Assembly (NCBI GenBank): GCA_035335645.1
Contig: DAOQMM010000007.1
Coordinates: forward strand, 283-64,282
Source of the DNA: Rhodocyclaceae bacterium
GTDB lineage: Bacteria > Pseudomonadota > Gammaproteobacteria > Burkholderiales > Rhodocyclaceae
Direction of reading: 5' to 3'
Length of the DNA stretch: 64,000 nucleotides
In this document: one piece after another, positions 1-9,958 of the stretch
How the letters are laid out: the number at the start of each line of letters is the position of its first letter
Numbering within the stretch: the first letter of the stretch is position 1
Notes under the pieces: model-generated
Databases searched by the model: none
Seen by the model: the letters and a program-made list of their open reading frames with translations, nothing else
Told to the model about the DNA's origin: nothing
Position numbers and translations under genes: made by a program

Positions 1-1
1 C

Positions 2-967
2 GATATCGTGGTCGTTGCCCGCGACGGCCATTCGGGCGAAGTCACCGCCGGCTTCCATTTTGAATCCAACGTACCGCCCCCGCCGCTGGCGCCCGAGCCT
101 CAAGCCCCGACGGTCCTCTTTGTTCCGCCCCCGCCACCGCGCGTCATCCCGGATGCACCGCCCACCGCGCCGCCCTCGCCCTTCCTGCCTCCCGGCTCGC
201 CCGTGGCGCTGGTCAATCCCAGCTTTGACTCGCCTCCGCCGGTGTCGGCACCCCTTCCTGCGGTCCCCGTGCCACCCGAGCGCCCCGGAAGCGACCGGGC
301 GCCCGTGCTGGCAGCCCCGCCGGACGCGCTCCCGCCCGGATCCTCGCCACTGGTCAGCGTCGGGCCCCTGCCGGACGGTCTGCCGGCTGCGTCAACGCGC
401 GGCGGACTGGTGGTCACCCGCCCCGACCAGGGTGCCTTTGACGTGGTGCCGGCCCGTGCCAACACCATCACGCTTTCGGCAGGCACCTTCGTCGAGACGG
501 TACCGGGCGTGTCGGTCTCCGTCAGTGCCATGCTGGACAACGGTCAGGCCCTGCCCCCATGGATCAGCTTCAACCCCGGTACCGGCACCCTGCTGGTCAA
601 TCCGCCGCCCGGCCTGAAGCGGGATGTCACCATCCGCATCGTGGCCCGCGACCAGAACGGCCAGGAAGCGGTCACCTTCGTCCGGGTGCGGGTAGGCAGC
701 CAACGCACAACGAGCAGCCTGACCCCGGCGGCCGACGCGCTGCGGGAGGTCCGCCCGCAGGTCATGCCCCTCGATGACCTGACCCGTCCCGACGGAAGCG
801 CCGCGCTGCCCGCACGGCCGGTTGCCGACGTGGCGCGTCCGGCCGGGCACACGGGCCGCGACTCCCTCGCGAGCCAGCTGCAACGGGCCGGTCGCGGCCC
901 CGGCGTGTCCGGACGCCTCCAGGCCATCGCCCAGGCCGCCGAGGCCGCCCGCCGTGACGGGGCCTGA
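2..967 (+). CDS. 3'-terminal part (partial) of a large secreted/surface protein with Pro-rich linker and putative Ig/cadherin-like (He_PIG/CADG) domain
   Basis: Frame is open from the window edge (DIVVVARDG...). Contains LPPWISFNPGTGTLLVNPP...IVARDQNG, typical of He_PIG/CADG repeats, and a long Pro-rich stretch; sits directly upstream of HlyD-like genes. Confidence 0.7.
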   Translation, partial: DIVVVARDGHSGEVTAGFHFESNVPPPPLAPEPQAPTVLFVPPPPPRVIPDAPPTAPPSPFLPPGSPVALVNPSFDSPPPVSAPLPAVPVPPERPGSDRAPVLAAPPDALPPGSSPLVSVGPLPDGLPAASTRGGLVVTRPDQGAFDVVPARANTITLSAGTFVETVPGVSVSVSAMLDNGQALPPWISFNPGTGTLLVNPPPGLKRDVTIRIVARDQNGQEAVTFVRVRVGSQRTTSSLTPAADALREVRPQVMPLDDLTRPDGSAALPARPVADVARPAGHTGRDSLASQLQRAGRGPGVSGRLQAIAQAAEAARRDGA

Positions 968-987
968 GGCACAGCCCCCGGAGCCGC

Positions 988-2349
988 ATGAATCCACTCC
1001 TCGTCCTGCTCGAACTCGGTCAGCGTGCCCGCGCCGCGGGAACGCTCCCCGAGCTCGGCTTCCTGCTCGTCAACGACACCCGCCAGCTCATGCCCTACCG
1101 CCAGGCCCTCCTGTGGTTCGAGGGCGAGGGGGTGCGGGCCGTCTCCGGGCTGCTCGCGCCCGAGGCAAACACCCCATTCATCCAGTGGACGCACCGCCTG
1201 ATGGGTCATCTGTCGTCGGCTCCGGTCACGCCCGGTCCGGTCCACACCGTGCATGCGGCGCAGCTTCCCGACGACCTGGCGGCGGAATGGTCTGAATGGC
1301 TGTCTCCCCACGTGTATTGGCTCAGGCTCCCCGCGGATCCCGGCCGCAGCGACGCCCGTGCCGGCGGCGTCCTGTTCGTGTGCGAGGCCCCCTGGGACGA
1401 CACCCTCCATGCCCTGGTCGGCGAATGGATCGCCACCTGGCACCACGCCTGGAACGCCCGCCTGCGTCCGACGCCCTGGTCGGCGCTCGTCTGGCGGCAG
1501 GCGCTGAAGAAGGCCTGGCACACGGACGGCGGCCACCCCTGGTGGAAACGCACCCCTGTCCGCATCGCGCTGCTCATCGCGCTGCTGCTGGTCTGGCCGG
1601 TCCGCCTCACGATCCTCGCACCGGGCGAACTGGTTCCGGTGGACCCGGCGGTGATCCGGGCGCCCCTCGACGGGGTCGTGGCCCAGGTCCACGTGCGCCC
1701 CAATCAGGCGGTGAAGGCCGGCGACCTCCTGTTCAGTTTCGATGAAGCGCCCATCGCCACCCGCCTGGAGGTGGCGCGCCAGGCCCTGACGACCGCGGAG
1801 GCGGAGTACCGCCAGCTGGCCCAGCTTGCCCTCAGCGACCCCCGTTCCAAGGCGCAGCTCGCCACCCTGCTCGGCAAGGTCGCTGAAAAACAGGCCGAAG
1901 CCGACTTTCTGGCCGGACAGTCGGCCCGCGCGAAGGTCACGGCCCCCCAGGACGGCGTCGCGCTCCTCGACGATCCGGCCGAACTGATCGGCAAGCCGGT
2001 GCAGACCGGCGAACGCATCATGCGTGTCGCCAATCCCCGGTCCCGGGAAATCGAAGCCTGGATTCCCATTGGCGATGCCATTCCCCTCGACGACGCGGCG
2101 CCGGTGGATCTCTTCCTGAGCGCCTCACCGCTCTCGTCAGTCAGCGGACACCTCCGCTACCTGGCCCACGACGCCCTGCCACGGCCGGACGGCTCTTACG
2201 CCTATCGCCTGCGCGCCACCCTCGACGACGCGACGGACCACCGCATTGGCATGAAAGGCACCGCCAAGGTTCAGGGACATCGGGTCCCGGTGCTGTACTG
2301 GGTGATGCGCCGGCCCATCGCCAGCATCCGTCAGTTCCTGGCCTGGTAG
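988..2349 (+). CDS. Efflux/secretion periplasmic adaptor (HlyD/MFP family) with N-terminal GAF-like region
   Basis: TM segment followed by biotinyl-lipoyl-like IRAPLDGVVAQVHVRPNQAVKAGDLLF, a coiled coil and VTAPQDG second half-motif. Confidence 0.8.
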   Translation: MNPLLVLLELGQRARAAGTLPELGFLLVNDTRQLMPYRQALLWFEGEGVRAVSGLLAPEANTPFIQWTHRLMGHLSSAPVTPGPVHTVHAAQLPDDLAAEWSEWLSPHVYWLRLPADPGRSDARAGGVLFVCEAPWDDTLHALVGEWIATWHHAWNARLRPTPWSALVWRQALKKAWHTDGGHPWWKRTPVRIALLIALLLVWPVRLTILAPGELVPVDPAVIRAPLDGVVAQVHVRPNQAVKAGDLLFSFDEAPIATRLEVARQALTTAEAEYRQLAQLALSDPRSKAQLATLLGKVAEKQAEADFLAGQSARAKVTAPQDGVALLDDPAELIGKPVQTGERIMRVANPRSREIEAWIPIGDAIPLDDAAPVDLFLSASPLSSVSGHLRYLAHDALPRPDGSYAYRLRATLDDATDHRIGMKGTAKVQGHRVPVLYWVMRRPIASIRQFLAW

Positions 2350-2357
2350 GCGCGCCC

Positions 2358-4460
2358 ATGACCGCCCTTGGTCTGCCCCCGCTGCGTCAGGAGCTGGCGC
2401 TACTGCCCGGCCCCACGCTGCCGGATGGTCAGCCCAGCTGGACCCTCCACGACCCCGCCCGCAACCTGTTCTTCCAGCTCGACTGGCCCACGGTGGCCAT
2501 GCTTCAGCGCTGGGAGATGGGGCCCGACGCCCTCCTCGACGACATTGCCCGGGCGACGACCCTGCACCTGGACGCCTCGCACCTGCAGACGGTGCTGGCC
2601 TTCCTCAAGCAGAACCAGTTGCTGGCGACCCTGCCGGGCCAGGCCGCGGCCATGGCGGAGCAGCTTGCCCGGCGCAAGGGCGGCATCGGACAGTGGCTGC
2701 TCCACAACTACCTGTTTTTCCGCATTCCACTGATTCGACCGGACGCCTGGCTGACCCGCCTGGCGCCCCGCATCGCCGGCCTCTACACGCGCCGCTTCGT
2801 GTGGCTCACCCTGCTGGCCGGCCTCTTCGGGCTGCTGGGCGTGATGCGCGAATGGGACACCTACCGCAATACCCTGGTGGAGATGGTCTCGTGGTCAGGC
2901 GCGCTGGCCTACGGGATCACGCTGATCGGCGTCAAGGTCCTCCACGAGCTGGGGCACGGCTTCACCGCCAAACGGTTCGGCTGCCGCATCCCCACCATGG
3001 GCGTCGCCTTTCTCGTGATGTGGCCCGTTGCCTACACCGACACGAACGAGGTGTGGCGCCTCACCTCGCGCCGTCAGCGCCTGCAGGTGGCCGCAGCGGG
3101 CATCGTCACGGAGCTCGCCATCGCCCTGTGGGCGACCCTGCTGTGGGTGCTCCTGCCGGACGGTCCGGTGCGGATGGGCGCATTCCTGCTGTCGTCCTCG
3201 ACGTGGATCTCCACGGTGCTCATCAACGCCAGTCCCTTCATGCGCTTCGACGGCTATTTCCTGCTGGCTGACGCGCTGCAGATCCCCAATCTGCACACCC
3301 GCGCCTTTGCGCTCGCCCGCTGGGATCTGCGCGAGCGCCTGTTCCACCTGGGCGCGCCGCGTCCGGAGCCGTTTCCTGCCGCGCGCCACGCCAGCCTGAT
3401 CCTGTTCGCCTGGGCGACATGGATCTACCGCCTCGTGCTGTTTCTCGGCATTGCCTTCCTCGTGTACCACTTCTTCATCAAGGCGGTGGGGATCCTGCTG
3501 TTCCTGGTGGAAATCACCTGGTTTGTCGCCCGACCCCTGGCCAGTGAACTGGCCGTCTGGCGGGAGCTCTGGCCCATCCTGCGCACGCGCCCAGCGACCT
3601 GGCGCAGCCTGCTTCTGGCAGCGTCCGGACTGGCCCTGATCCTGCTTCCCTGGCCGGCCCGCGTCGTCCAGAGCGCCGTGCTCTACCCGATCAGCGAACA
3701 GGTGGTCTATGCGCCCCGCAATGCCCAGCTCGTTGCCCGCCACGCTGCACCGGGCCAGGTCGTCGGGCGTGACGCACCCCTCTTCGAGCTGGCCTCCCCC
3801 GAACTGGACCACCGCGAGCGCCAGAACGCCGCCCGGCGCGAGCAGCTCGCCTGGCAATCGGGGGCCTCGGCCTTTGACGCCGAGCAGCGCAAGGACTGGC
3901 AGATCCTGAACGAACAGCTGGGCATCAGCCAGGCCGAGTCACGGACCGTCCAGGCCGACGCGGGCCAGTACCACCCACGCGCGACGATGGACGGCATCGT
4001 GCGCGACACCGATCCCGACCTGCACCCGGGCGACTGGCTCACCCCGCGGGAGGTCCTGGCCCGTGTGACCGGTCGGGGCATCCTGCGCGCCGTGGTCTAT
4101 GTGGAAGATGAAGCGCTGGGTCGCCTGAGCGTGGGAGACCGGGCCGTGTTCATCGCAGACGGTCACGACGGCCCCGACCTGCGCATGCATGTCGTCGAGA
4201 TCGACTCGGACGCCACCCACGTCCTGGGGGAAGCCGAACTGGCCAGCCTCTTCGGCGGCACCGTGAGCGTCCGGGAAAAACACGGCGTCCTCTACCCCGA
4301 ACGGGCGGTCTACCGGGTGGTGCTGCAGAGCGATGCGGAACTTCCCCCGCCCCAGCACCGGTGGCGTGGAACCCTGGCCATCGCCTGCGCATGGGAGGCG
4401 CCCGGCCTGCGCTACGTACGTCAGGCGGCGGCGGTCCTGTGGCGGGAGCTGGGCTTCTGA
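2358..4460 (+). CDS. M50 (site-2 protease family) membrane metallopeptidase fused to HlyD-like adaptor domain
   Basis: HELGH zinc motif, NASPFMRFDG (NxxPxxxxDG) motif, several TM helices, C-terminal lipoyl-like/coiled-coil MFP region. Confidence 0.85.
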   Translation: MTALGLPPLRQELALLPGPTLPDGQPSWTLHDPARNLFFQLDWPTVAMLQRWEMGPDALLDDIARATTLHLDASHLQTVLAFLKQNQLLATLPGQAAAMAEQLARRKGGIGQWLLHNYLFFRIPLIRPDAWLTRLAPRIAGLYTRRFVWLTLLAGLFGLLGVMREWDTYRNTLVEMVSWSGALAYGITLIGVKVLHELGHGFTAKRFGCRIPTMGVAFLVMWPVAYTDTNEVWRLTSRRQRLQVAAAGIVTELAIALWATLLWVLLPDGPVRMGAFLLSSSTWISTVLINASPFMRFDGYFLLADALQIPNLHTRAFALARWDLRERLFHLGAPRPEPFPAARHASLILFAWATWIYRLVLFLGIAFLVYHFFIKAVGILLFLVEITWFVARPLASELAVWRELWPILRTRPATWRSLLLAASGLALILLPWPARVVQSAVLYPISEQVVYAPRNAQLVARHAAPGQVVGRDAPLFELASPELDHRERQNAARREQLAWQSGASAFDAEQRKDWQILNEQLGISQAESRTVQADAGQYHPRATMDGIVRDTDPDLHPGDWLTPREVLARVTGRGILRAVVYVEDEALGRLSVGDRAVFIADGHDGPDLRMHVVEIDSDATHVLGEAELASLFGGTVSVREKHGVLYPERAVYRVVLQSDAELPPPQHRWRGTLAIACAWEAPGLRYVRQAAAVLWRELGF

Positions 4461-4653
4461 GCGATGCCTTCCGGGGGCCGGGCGCCCACAGGCCGTGGTC
4501 CCGGAGCAGAAGGATTCAACCCCGCGTCAGCCGAGATGCGCGGTCGGCCTGATCAGGCTTGGCACGTCGGAACCCGGGCGTTGAGTACCGCGACACCCCC
4601 ACGCAAGCCAGGGTCGCGCCGGCCGATCGCGGGGCGCCGCGGGCCGCCGCGCG

Positions 4654-4956
4654 TCATCCCTGCTCGACGCGGGACTTCAACTCCTTGCCCGGCTTGAAGC
4701 GCACCACCGACTTGGCCTCCACCTGCACCGGCTCGCCCGTACGGGGGTTGCGGCTGATCCTGGCCTCGCGCGCGTGGAGCGCGAACACACCGAAATCCCG
4801 GATCTCGACCCGATCACCGTCCGACAGATGGCGCGCCATGCCATTGAGGATCACGGTGACCGCCTCCTTCACCGTTTCTTCGTCCAGGTCTGGAAACTTG
4901 GCGTGCAAGCGCGCCACCAGCTGCGACTTCACCATCCACCGTTTATCGTCCTGCAT
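4654..4956 (-). CDS. ihfB: Integration host factor beta subunit / HU-IHF family DNA-binding protein
   Basis: MVKSQLV...GDRVEIRDFGVF...SRNPRTGEPVQV...VRFKPGKELKSRV is the IHF signature; AGAGG RBS-like motif before ATG at 4956. Confidence 0.85.
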   Translation of the reverse strand: MQDDKRWMVKSQLVARLHAKFPDLDEETVKEAVTVILNGMARHLSDGDRVEIRDFGVFALHAREARISRNPRTGEPVQVEAKSVVRFKPGKELKSRVEQG

Positions 4957-4997
4957 GACCTCTCTCTCGTGACGGCTTCGGCCCGTCACCTGCACAC

Positions 4998-5552
4998 TCA
5001 CCGACGGGACCCGATGCGAACGACGATGACCGCCCCGGCGGCCGCCTTGTTCCGCAATCCACCATCGCCATCAAATTCGGATCCTGTACGGACCCCCACC
5101 TGTGTATCGGCCATGCCCACGCCACCTTGAACCAGCGTCCGCTGCACCGCCCTGACCCGCTCCGCAAGCAGCACCGGGTTGTAGCGCGTGGCCGGGCGAT
5201 CGCCGAAACCGATGATCGTCACGTGGGCACCCGGGTGATCGCCGACCGCCGCCGCCACCGCGTCCATGAAGCGGGCGAAGGGCTCCGCCAGGGTCGCCTG
5301 GGACGTTTCGAAGGCCGCTTCCGTTTCGAGCTCGAAGCTCACCGACTGCTCCGCGGGCGACACCTGCTCCCGGACGCCCAGCGCCTCGCCCTGCCGGCTC
5401 AGCTCCATCAGCAAGGGCCACCAGGACGAATCCGATGTCCGGATCAAGGCTTCCGTCACGCCCGCCGCCCGGGCACCCCAGCCGACCAGCGCCAGCACCA
5501 GCGCGCACAGCCCCGCGATTCCGCGCCGTCGCATGCCTGCCAACGCCCTCAT
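4998..5552 (-). CDS. Exported protein with divergent OmpA-like C-terminal domain
   Basis: Signal-peptide-like N-terminus; HVTIIGFGD...LLAERVRAVQRTLVQGGV resembles the OmpA/MotB motif; ATGA overlap with upstream antiporter stop. Confidence 0.55.
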   Translation of the reverse strand: MRALAGMRRRGIAGLCALVLALVGWGARAAGVTEALIRTSDSSWWPLLMELSRQGEALGVREQVSPAEQSVSFELETEAAFETSQATLAEPFARFMDAVAAAVGDHPGAHVTIIGFGDRPATRYNPVLLAERVRAVQRTLVQGGVGMADTQVGVRTGSEFDGDGGLRNKAAAGAVIVVRIGSRR

Positions 5553-6778
5553 CCGTTCCGCCTCGGGAGGCGCGCCAGCATCCACGTCACCGGATCCGCG
5601 CCTTTCAGGCGGCGGGCCTCGCCCAGACCGCGACTGCACATCTGAGTACAGATCGGCCCGACAAGTTGCATCAGGGCGATCGCGCCCAGCAGCACATTGG
5701 CCAGGCGCTCGCCGACATCCCCGCTCAAGGGGCCTGCATTGCCCAGCAGCACCAGCGCAATGCTCGACTTGGGCAGGAGCCCGATGCCCAGCCAGTGGGC
5801 CTCCCGCGCGTCCACCCCGAGAGGCCCTGCGGCCGCCCGCAGGGCCAGCATGCGACCGGCGATCCGCGCCAGGGCGAATGCCGCCACCTCACGCCAGTGG
5901 GCAACGATCAGGCCGATCTCCAGCGCCGCACCCGCCAGCACGAAGGTGATCACCAGAAACACCCGCGCGTCCGACGAGATGCGCAGCCCCACCACGTCGC
6001 CCCGCACGTCCATCCAGCGCGTCGCCACACCCAGACTCAGCAGGGTCAGCAAGGGCGACATCTGCACCCCGAGGGGCAGCCCGGCACCGATGCAGATCAA
6101 CCCAAGCAGCAGCAGATGCTGGTGCTCCGGCTGCGGTCCGAGCCAGCGCGCCCCCTGACAGGCCATCGCCGCCAGCGCCGTCCCCAGGGCCAGCGAACCG
6201 GCCACATAGGCCACCGGCGGCGCATGCCCCGCGAGCGACGCGGTCAGCCCTTCCAGCGGCAGGATCGGCAAGGCCACGGCCAATGCCACGAAGGCCGCGC
6301 AGTTGTTGAAGGCCACCAGCGCGAACAGGCGCTCCGTCGCCGGCCCGTCCGCGCCCACGTCGCTGGTGGTGGCGATGGTGATCGCCGGCGACGTGGATAC
6401 CGCCACCGCTGCCGCAAACAGCGCCCCGCCAATGCCGAAGCCCAGAGCCAGCATCACCGCCCCCACCGCCAGGAAGGTTCCGTTGATGTCGGCCAGACTC
6501 AGGCCCAGCAGACGCCTGTCCAGCCCCCGCCCGGGCATGGGCAGGCGATGCCCCAGCTCGAAGAGGATCACGCCGATGGCCAGGTACACAAAAAACTGGG
6601 CGGACTGCAACACGTCCGGCGCCACCCAGCCCAGGCCCGACGGGCCCGCCGCAATCCCCGTCAATACATAACCGGTGGTCCGCGGAAGATTGAAGAGGCG
6701 ACGCACCGCCTCGCCTCCCACGAGTCCACCCAGCAGCAGAATGCCCAGCAACAGGAAGGGCGCAGAATGTAGATCCAC
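5549..6778 (-). CDS. Cation:proton antiporter (Na+/K+:H+ exchanger, CPA family)
   Basis: About 12 hydrophobic segments; TGYVLTGIAAGPSGLG, LFELG and STSPAI motifs; start placed at GTG 6778 (uncertain). Confidence 0.8.
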   Translation of the reverse strand: MDLHSAPFLLLGILLLGGLVGGEAVRRLFNLPRTTGYVLTGIAAGPSGLGWVAPDVLQSAQFFVYLAIGVILFELGHRLPMPGRGLDRRLLGLSLADINGTFLAVGAVMLALGFGIGGALFAAAVAVSTSPAITIATTSDVGADGPATERLFALVAFNNCAAFVALAVALPILPLEGLTASLAGHAPPVAYVAGSLALGTALAAMACQGARWLGPQPEHQHLLLLGLICIGAGLPLGVQMSPLLTLLSLGVATRWMDVRGDVVGLRISSDARVFLVITFVLAGAALEIGLIVAHWREVAAFALARIAGRMLALRAAAGPLGVDAREAHWLGIGLLPKSSIALVLLGNAGPLSGDVGERLANVLLGAIALMQLVGPICTQMCSRGLGEARRLKGADPVTWMLARLPRRNG

Positions 6779-6917
6779 CGCGTACGAGGTCAAAAAAGTC
6801 TGAACACGGCCACGCACACCCCGTCCCGGGACATGCGGGCCACTGGCACTCCACCCCGCTGCGGCGCAGGCGTTGGGCGACATCCGTTCAATGTGCCCGG
6901 ATGGGCTCAATCAGGGC

Positions 6918-6945
6918 TTCACAAATACATTGCAACAAATATAAT
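6918..6945 (+). promoter_or_regulatory. Candidate sigma70 promoter TTCACA-N16-TATAAT for the MarR gene
   Basis: Perfect TATAAT at 6940-6945 and TTCACA at 6918-6923 in an AT-rich patch, 8 nt before ATG 6954. Confidence 0.55.
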
Positions 6946-6953
6946 TGACACCA

Positions 6954-7478
6954 ATGAAAACTGCAATTCCGTCCCCCGCACGGCCGGCGACAGAACCGGC
7001 CCCGGACGCACTGTCCCGGCCCCTCACCCTGGCTGTCCTGAAACAGTTCCGGCTGATCTACGGTTCCGTGCGCCAGCATTTCCGGGAGGTCGAGCAACTC
7101 TGCGGCATCTCCGGCGCGAAGGTGTGGCTGCTCCACGAGATCTCCGGTACGCCGGGCATCGGTGTATCCGAACTCGCCCGCCGCCTCTCCATTCACCAGT
7201 CCACCTGCAGCCAGCTCGTGGACAAGCTCGAAGCCCGCGGCCTGGTGACCAAGCAACGCCTGCCCAGCGATCAGCGCCGCGTCGGGCTCCACGTCACCGA
7301 CACCGCGGCCGACCTGCTCCGACGGATCCCGGGCCCCGCGGAAGGCCTGCTGCCAGACGCCCTACAGGGACTCAGCGAAGACAGCCTGCACGTCCTGCAC
7401 GATCACCTGGCACAGCTCATCGACCAGCTCGCCCGGCTCGACGAACCTTCCGCCGACAAGCCACTGGCCGACCTGTGA
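6954..7478 (+). CDS. MarR family transcriptional regulator
   Basis: Winged-helix pattern GIGVSELARRLSIHQSTCSQLVDKLEARGLV...DQRR. Confidence 0.9.
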   Translation: MKTAIPSPARPATEPAPDALSRPLTLAVLKQFRLIYGSVRQHFREVEQLCGISGAKVWLLHEISGTPGIGVSELARRLSIHQSTCSQLVDKLEARGLVTKQRLPSDQRRVGLHVTDTAADLLRRIPGPAEGLLPDALQGLSEDSLHVLHDHLAQLIDQLARLDEPSADKPLADL

Positions 7479-7540
7479 TCCGCAATCGCAGGTCCCGTCC
7501 CGACATCCCTTTTTTGTCCGTCCCTCGAGAAAGCACCTCC

Positions 7541-8062
7541 ATGAAGCGCACCCTCCTCCCCGTTCTCCTTGCCTCCCTTTGGCTGGGCGCCTGCTCCACC
7601 ACGCCGAAGCCCACCGTCACCGCGGCCGACGCGGCCAGTGACGGCGTGCGCAGCGCACCGGCCACCGCTGGCGCCGTCTCCGCCACCGACGTCGAAGCCC
7701 GCAAGCTCGCCGAACAGCGTGAAGCCCTCGCCAAAAAGAGCGTCTACTTCGCCTTCGACGACTTCACCGTGGCCGAGAAGTATCGCGACGTGATCCGCCA
7801 GCAGGCCGACTTCACCCTCGCCCATGGCGCTGACACCATCGCCGTGGAAGGCAATGCCGACGAACGCGGCAGCCGTGAATACAACCTCGCCCTCGGCCAG
7901 AAGCGCGCCGAAGCCGTGCGCAAGTCCCTCGTCCTGCTGGGCGTGCCCGACGCCCGCCTCGAAGCCGTCAGCTTCGGCGCCGAAAAGCCCCGCGAAAGCT
8001 GTCACGAAGAACACTGCTGGGCCGAAAACCGCCGGGTGGATTTCAACCATCGGGACAAGTGA
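7541..8062 (+). CDS. Peptidoglycan-associated lipoprotein (Pal/OmpA family) paralogue
   Basis: Lipobox LGAC; SVYFAFDD, VEGNADERGSREYNLALGQKRAEAV, SFGAEKP and ENRRV motifs; no tol genes adjacent. Confidence 0.9.
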   Translation: MKRTLLPVLLASLWLGACSTTPKPTVTAADAASDGVRSAPATAGAVSATDVEARKLAEQREALAKKSVYFAFDDFTVAEKYRDVIRQQADFTLAHGADTIAVEGNADERGSREYNLALGQKRAEAVRKSLVLLGVPDARLEAVSFGAEKPRESCHEEHCWAENRRVDFNHRDK

Positions 8063-8352
8063 GCCAGCCGTATCGCGCCCGCTTGACAGGCTTCCCGCGC
8101 GCGGCACATCGGCCGCGGGAAGCGTATCGACAGCGGAAAGGCCGGGACGCCAACCCCCCCTGGGGCGCCAGTCTGCCCGACGAGACGGACCTGGCCCGGC
8201 TCCGCATGGCCGCCCCGCCCTGGGATTTTCCGTCAGTCGGGCGACCCGTCATCCTCCAGCGCGATTCCGGGCACCGGTGCGACGCTGCCAGGGCAGGCCT
8301 CCCCCCGGGAAGGCCGCGGCCACACCGCCGCCCCGCCTGAATGCCCCCGGGC

Positions 8353-8793
8353 TCAGGCGCCAGCCCTGCCGAACACCTGAAGCCCCAGCAGTACCCACAT
8401 CAGCACCAGCACCCCATTGCTGACCGCAAAGACCGCGAAGCGGTGCATCACGTGGTTGTAGGTCACGTGAACCAAACTGTGCGCCATCCGCAGGGCCACA
8501 TAGAGCCAGGCCAGCCCGACCATCGCCGGCGTCCCGCGGCCGATCATCATGGCCATCAGGCAGGCCACGTAGAACAGCACCGGCAACTCCAGCAGATTCA
8601 TGTAGTTGCGATTGGCCAGACGCGCAGGAAGGGGCTCGCTGGCGTCCTCGCCGAGCGCAAAGGCGCGCACATGCACGTCGCCACGGAAGCCCGCACTCAG
8701 ACGCCGGAAAGCGATCAACAGCAGCACGCAGCCCGTCCACCCCGCCAGTGCAAAGACCGGCCCGAGCAGCCCCCCACCCAGATTCGTCCCCAT
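8353..8793 (-). CDS. MAPEG family membrane protein
   Basis: Four TM segments; NRNYMNLLELPVLFY and RMAHSLVH motifs. Confidence 0.8.
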   Translation of the reverse strand: MGTNLGGGLLGPVFALAGWTGCVLLLIAFRRLSAGFRGDVHVRAFALGEDASEPLPARLANRNYMNLLELPVLFYVACLMAMMIGRGTPAMVGLAWLYVALRMAHSLVHVTYNHVMHRFAVFAVSNGVLVLMWVLLGLQVFGRAGA

Positions 8794-9135
8794 CGCTCCC
8801 CCGTCTCATACATCGACCCGAGCGCATCCCGGCGCCGGGCTGAACGACCGCCACGGCACACGGCGGTGCACACGATGCCCCGCGTGTCCGACGACGGCCC
8901 GCGTCGATGCAGGCGCGGTCAGACCCGCGTGTCACCAGGACGCGCTGCACGCTGCCGCCCGATCACGCTATTCACGCATACGGTTGCCTCTATACAACGC
9001 TCCATCCTACCGTCCACCCGGTGACCTGCCCATCTTGGGCGGGCGCATCCGTCCTGGAACGGGGCCTGGCGGTCCGCCCCCCACCGCCGATCGCACCCCG
9101 CCACGCCGGCGCTTCACAACAACGAAAGGATCCCC

Positions 9136-9948
9136 ATGACCCCCACGACGACGGAGCTCGAACAGCTCCTCATGCAACGCTCGCTGACCGACGAGCAGCT
9201 TCAGGCGGCGGCAGAAGCAGCCGCCGATTTCCGGATCCTGCCGGCCGCAACGGTGATCAAGATCGGCGGCCAGAGCGTCATCGACCGCGGCCGCGCGGCC
9301 GTCTATCCGCTGGTGGACGAGATCGTCGTCGCCCGCAAGACCCACAAGCTGCTCATCGGCACTGGCGCCGGCACACGTGCCCGCCACCTGTATTCCATCG
9401 CAGCCGGCCTCAACCTGCCCGCCGGCCTGCTCTCGCAGCTGGGCGCATCGGTGGCCGACCAGAACGCCGCGATGCTGGGCCAGCTCATGGCCCAGCACGG
9501 CATCTCCGCCGTCAGTGGCGCCGGACTCGCCGAGGTGCCCCTGTACATCTCCGAGGTCAACGCCGTGATCTTCAGCGGCATGCCGCCTTACACCCTGTGG
9601 ATGCGTCCCGCCGCCGAGGGCGTCATCCCGCCCTACCGCACTGACGCCGGCTGTTTCCTGATGGCTGAACAGTTCGGCTGCAAGGCGATGATCTACGTGA
9701 AGGACGAGAACGGCCTCTACACCGCCAACCCCAAGACCACGAAGAACCCCACCTTCATCCCCAGGATCTCCGTCGACGAGATGAAGGCCAAGGGCCTTCA
9801 CGATTCGATCCTGGAATTCCCGGTGCTGGACCTGCTCAAGGCCGCCCGTCACGTCCGCGAGGTGCAGGTCATCAACGGCCTCGTCCCCGGCAATCTCACG
9901 CGCGCGCTGGCTGGCGAACACGTGGGCACGATCATCACTGCACGCTGA
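9136..9948 (+). CDS. mosB: Molybdenum storage protein subunit beta (amino-acid-kinase fold)
   Basis: [13 protein letters not shown]...[24 protein letters not shown]...GEHVGTIIT closely matches Azotobacter vinelandii MosB as recalled; 270 aa; GAAAGGA RBS. Confidence 0.9.
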   Translation: MTPTTTELEQLLMQRSLTDEQLQAAAEAAADFRILPAATVIKIGGQSVIDRGRAAVYPLVDEIVVARKTHKLLIGTGAGTRARHLYSIAAGLNLPAGLLSQLGASVADQNAAMLGQLMAQHGISAVSGAGLAEVPLYISEVNAVIFSGMPPYTLWMRPAAEGVIPPYRTDAGCFLMAEQFGCKAMIYVKDENGLYTANPKTTKNPTFIPRISVDEMKAKGLHDSILEFPVLDLLKAARHVREVQVINGLVPGNLTRALAGEHVGTIITAR

Positions 9949-9958
9949 GGAATCCGCC

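Noticed and set aside
8059-8340. 93-aa ORF after the Pal gene
   Set aside because: Pro/Arg-rich, no motif or codon bias; the region contains GC hairpins more consistent with intergenic sequence
8991-9135. Complete ModE box or Moco riboswitch upstream of mosB
   Set aside because: Only one good ModE half-site; hairpins are present but I cannot match them to the Moco RNA consensus without an Infernal search
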